A stretch of 10,065 nucleotides of DNA, from NCBI RefSeq assembly GCF_006345805.1, contig NW_021827634.1, positions 1-10,065 on the forward strand, given 5' to 3'. A model generated the notes under the pieces. The model saw only the letters and a program-made list of their open reading frames with translations. It made no database searches and had not been told where the DNA came from. The stretch comes from Octopus sinensis. Lineage: Eukaryota. A program made the translations under genes and the position numbers. This document shows, in pieces, positions 8,952 to 10,065 of the stretch (positions are counted from its first letter, which is position 1; every line of letters begins with the position of its first letter).

Positions 8952-9240
8952 GCGTGGAATAAAGACTTGACAAAACAGAACGAGAAACAGACAGACTGAC
9001 AATTAGTTAGACAGACAGAAACTAGTGAGAATGAGAGTGAAAGACACACAAAGACTATATACCTGCATAATTGAAATGTTGTTTGAAGAACACCTGGGTA
9101 GAATTATAAACGGTGTCTGCGAACCGGTATCTTTTTGGTGAGCTATCAATGTACTGGCAGCAGGCTCTAGCTACGATTACTGATAATAAACCGTCAAATA
9201 TCTAGGTTAGCATAATTGAAAATAAAACTCCAATGGCAAC

Positions 9241-9860
9241 TATGTTATTTGTGCATCGTGTGGTAAGCAGTTTTCTTCCCATCTATATGGTTCCGGTTTC
9301 GGTCTCACTGCGCGGTGTCTTTGGCACAAATGAAATGTATGTGATTTGTGCATCGTAGGCGGGGTTGTGTGGTAAGTACTTTGTGATTTGTGTGTTGCAT
9401 ATGAATAAATGAAAGAATGGAGTCGAACGAAGATGTTAACGAAATTCCTTTACTCTCGACATATGTTTCGAAGACAACATGGTTTCATTCCAAAGGAATA
9501 AAGGGTGCATTATGCAATCTTCTCATCAGGAAAGAAAGGGAGCCTCTCTCGACAACAAGACAAACAAAATATGGTTCCGGTTTCGGTCTCACGGCGCGGT
9601 GTCTTGGGCACAAATAATATGTATGTTATTTGTGCATCGTAGGCGTAGTTGTGTGGTAAGCAGTTTTCTTCCCATCTATATGGTTCCGGTTTCGATCCCA
9701 CTGCGCGGTGTCTTTGGCGCAAATTAAAATGTATGTTATTTGTGCATCGTAGGCGTGGTTGTGTGGTAAGCAGTTTTCTTCCCATCTATATGGTTCCGGT
9801 TTCGGTCTCACTGCGCGGTGTCTTGGGCGCAAAGGAAATGTATGTTATTTGCGCATCGTA
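9241..9860 (+). repeat. Tandem array (~109-110-bp unit) derived from the SINE-A tRNA-like head plus a ~30-bp hairpin spacer
   Basis: Units start at 9241 (97 bp, 12-nt deletion), 9338 (interrupted at ~9384-9569), 9622, 9732 and 9841 (partial). The unit core TAGGCGTGGTTGTGTGGTAAGCAGTTTTCTTCCCATCTATATGGTTCCGGTTTCGGTCTCACTGCGCGGTGTCTTGGGC aligns to the SINE-A head. Confidence 0.93.
9444..9553 (-). ncRNA. Hammerhead ribozyme motif (type I, minimal palindromic stem III; Penelope/retrozyme-like)
   Basis: Minus strand: stem I 5' CCUUUCUUUC (9539-9530); CUGAUGA (9529-9523); stem II GAAGAUuGCAU (9522-9512) pairing with AUGUuGUCUUC (9480-9470); GAAA (9469-9466); C-AUAU-G; UC, with cleavage predicted between 9458 and 9457; stem I 3' GAGAG(U)AAAGG (9457-9447). 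All core nucleotides are canonical. Activity is untested. Confidence 0.8.
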
Positions 9861-10065
9861 TGCAGAAAATCTTTTTTTTTACTGAAATAAGTCAGAAACC
9901 ATGGTCTAGGAACTAAATTAGATGGTAAATGTTTTTAATTTTCATTTCCTTCGAGGATTTATCCCTAATTAGTGGTTTGAATTTTTAACTGTTCTTTCTA
10001 GCGCAAGGCTTTCCTATGAGTTGTAATGTACCACGATACCTTATATGAATAATATATAGTCTATT

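Noticed and set aside
8413-9049. Poly-Lys/Ser/Leu/Phe ORFs, including the 186-aa one
   Set aside because: These are translations of (GAA)n/(CAA)n and (TA)/(CA) repeats, open in several frames on both strands.
9241-9860. CRISPR-like array or tRNA gene cluster
   Set aside because: The units are ~110 bp, homologous along their whole length, SINE-derived, and do not form a cloverleaf.
9417-9885. Short ORFs across the array and insert
   Set aside because: They are repetitive translations of the 110-bp unit with no homology signal; the insert is better explained by RNA structure.

Overview
AT-rich, microsatellite-dense eukaryotic non-coding DNA. The SINE types look like those of octopod cephalopods (Octopus); this is recognition from memory, not a database hit. 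No intact protein-coding gene can be supported. The only real protein homology is two decayed Tc1/mariner transposase 5' fragments facing each other (1-502 +, 946-1214 -). Most of the window is tRNA-derived SINEs of about three types, some nested, plus simple repeats; most other ORFs in the track are translations of these. The most interesting part is 9241-9860, a ~110-bp tandem array built from the tRNA-like SINE head, whose spacer hairpin shows a compensatory base change. One array unit is interrupted by a ~185-bp insert carrying a canonical-core hammerhead ribozyme on the minus strand (CUGAUGA / GAAA / GUC). It has a palindromic 2-bp stem III of the Penelope/retrozyme type and a second GUC-GAGAG site 93 nt upstream that can pair with the same core.
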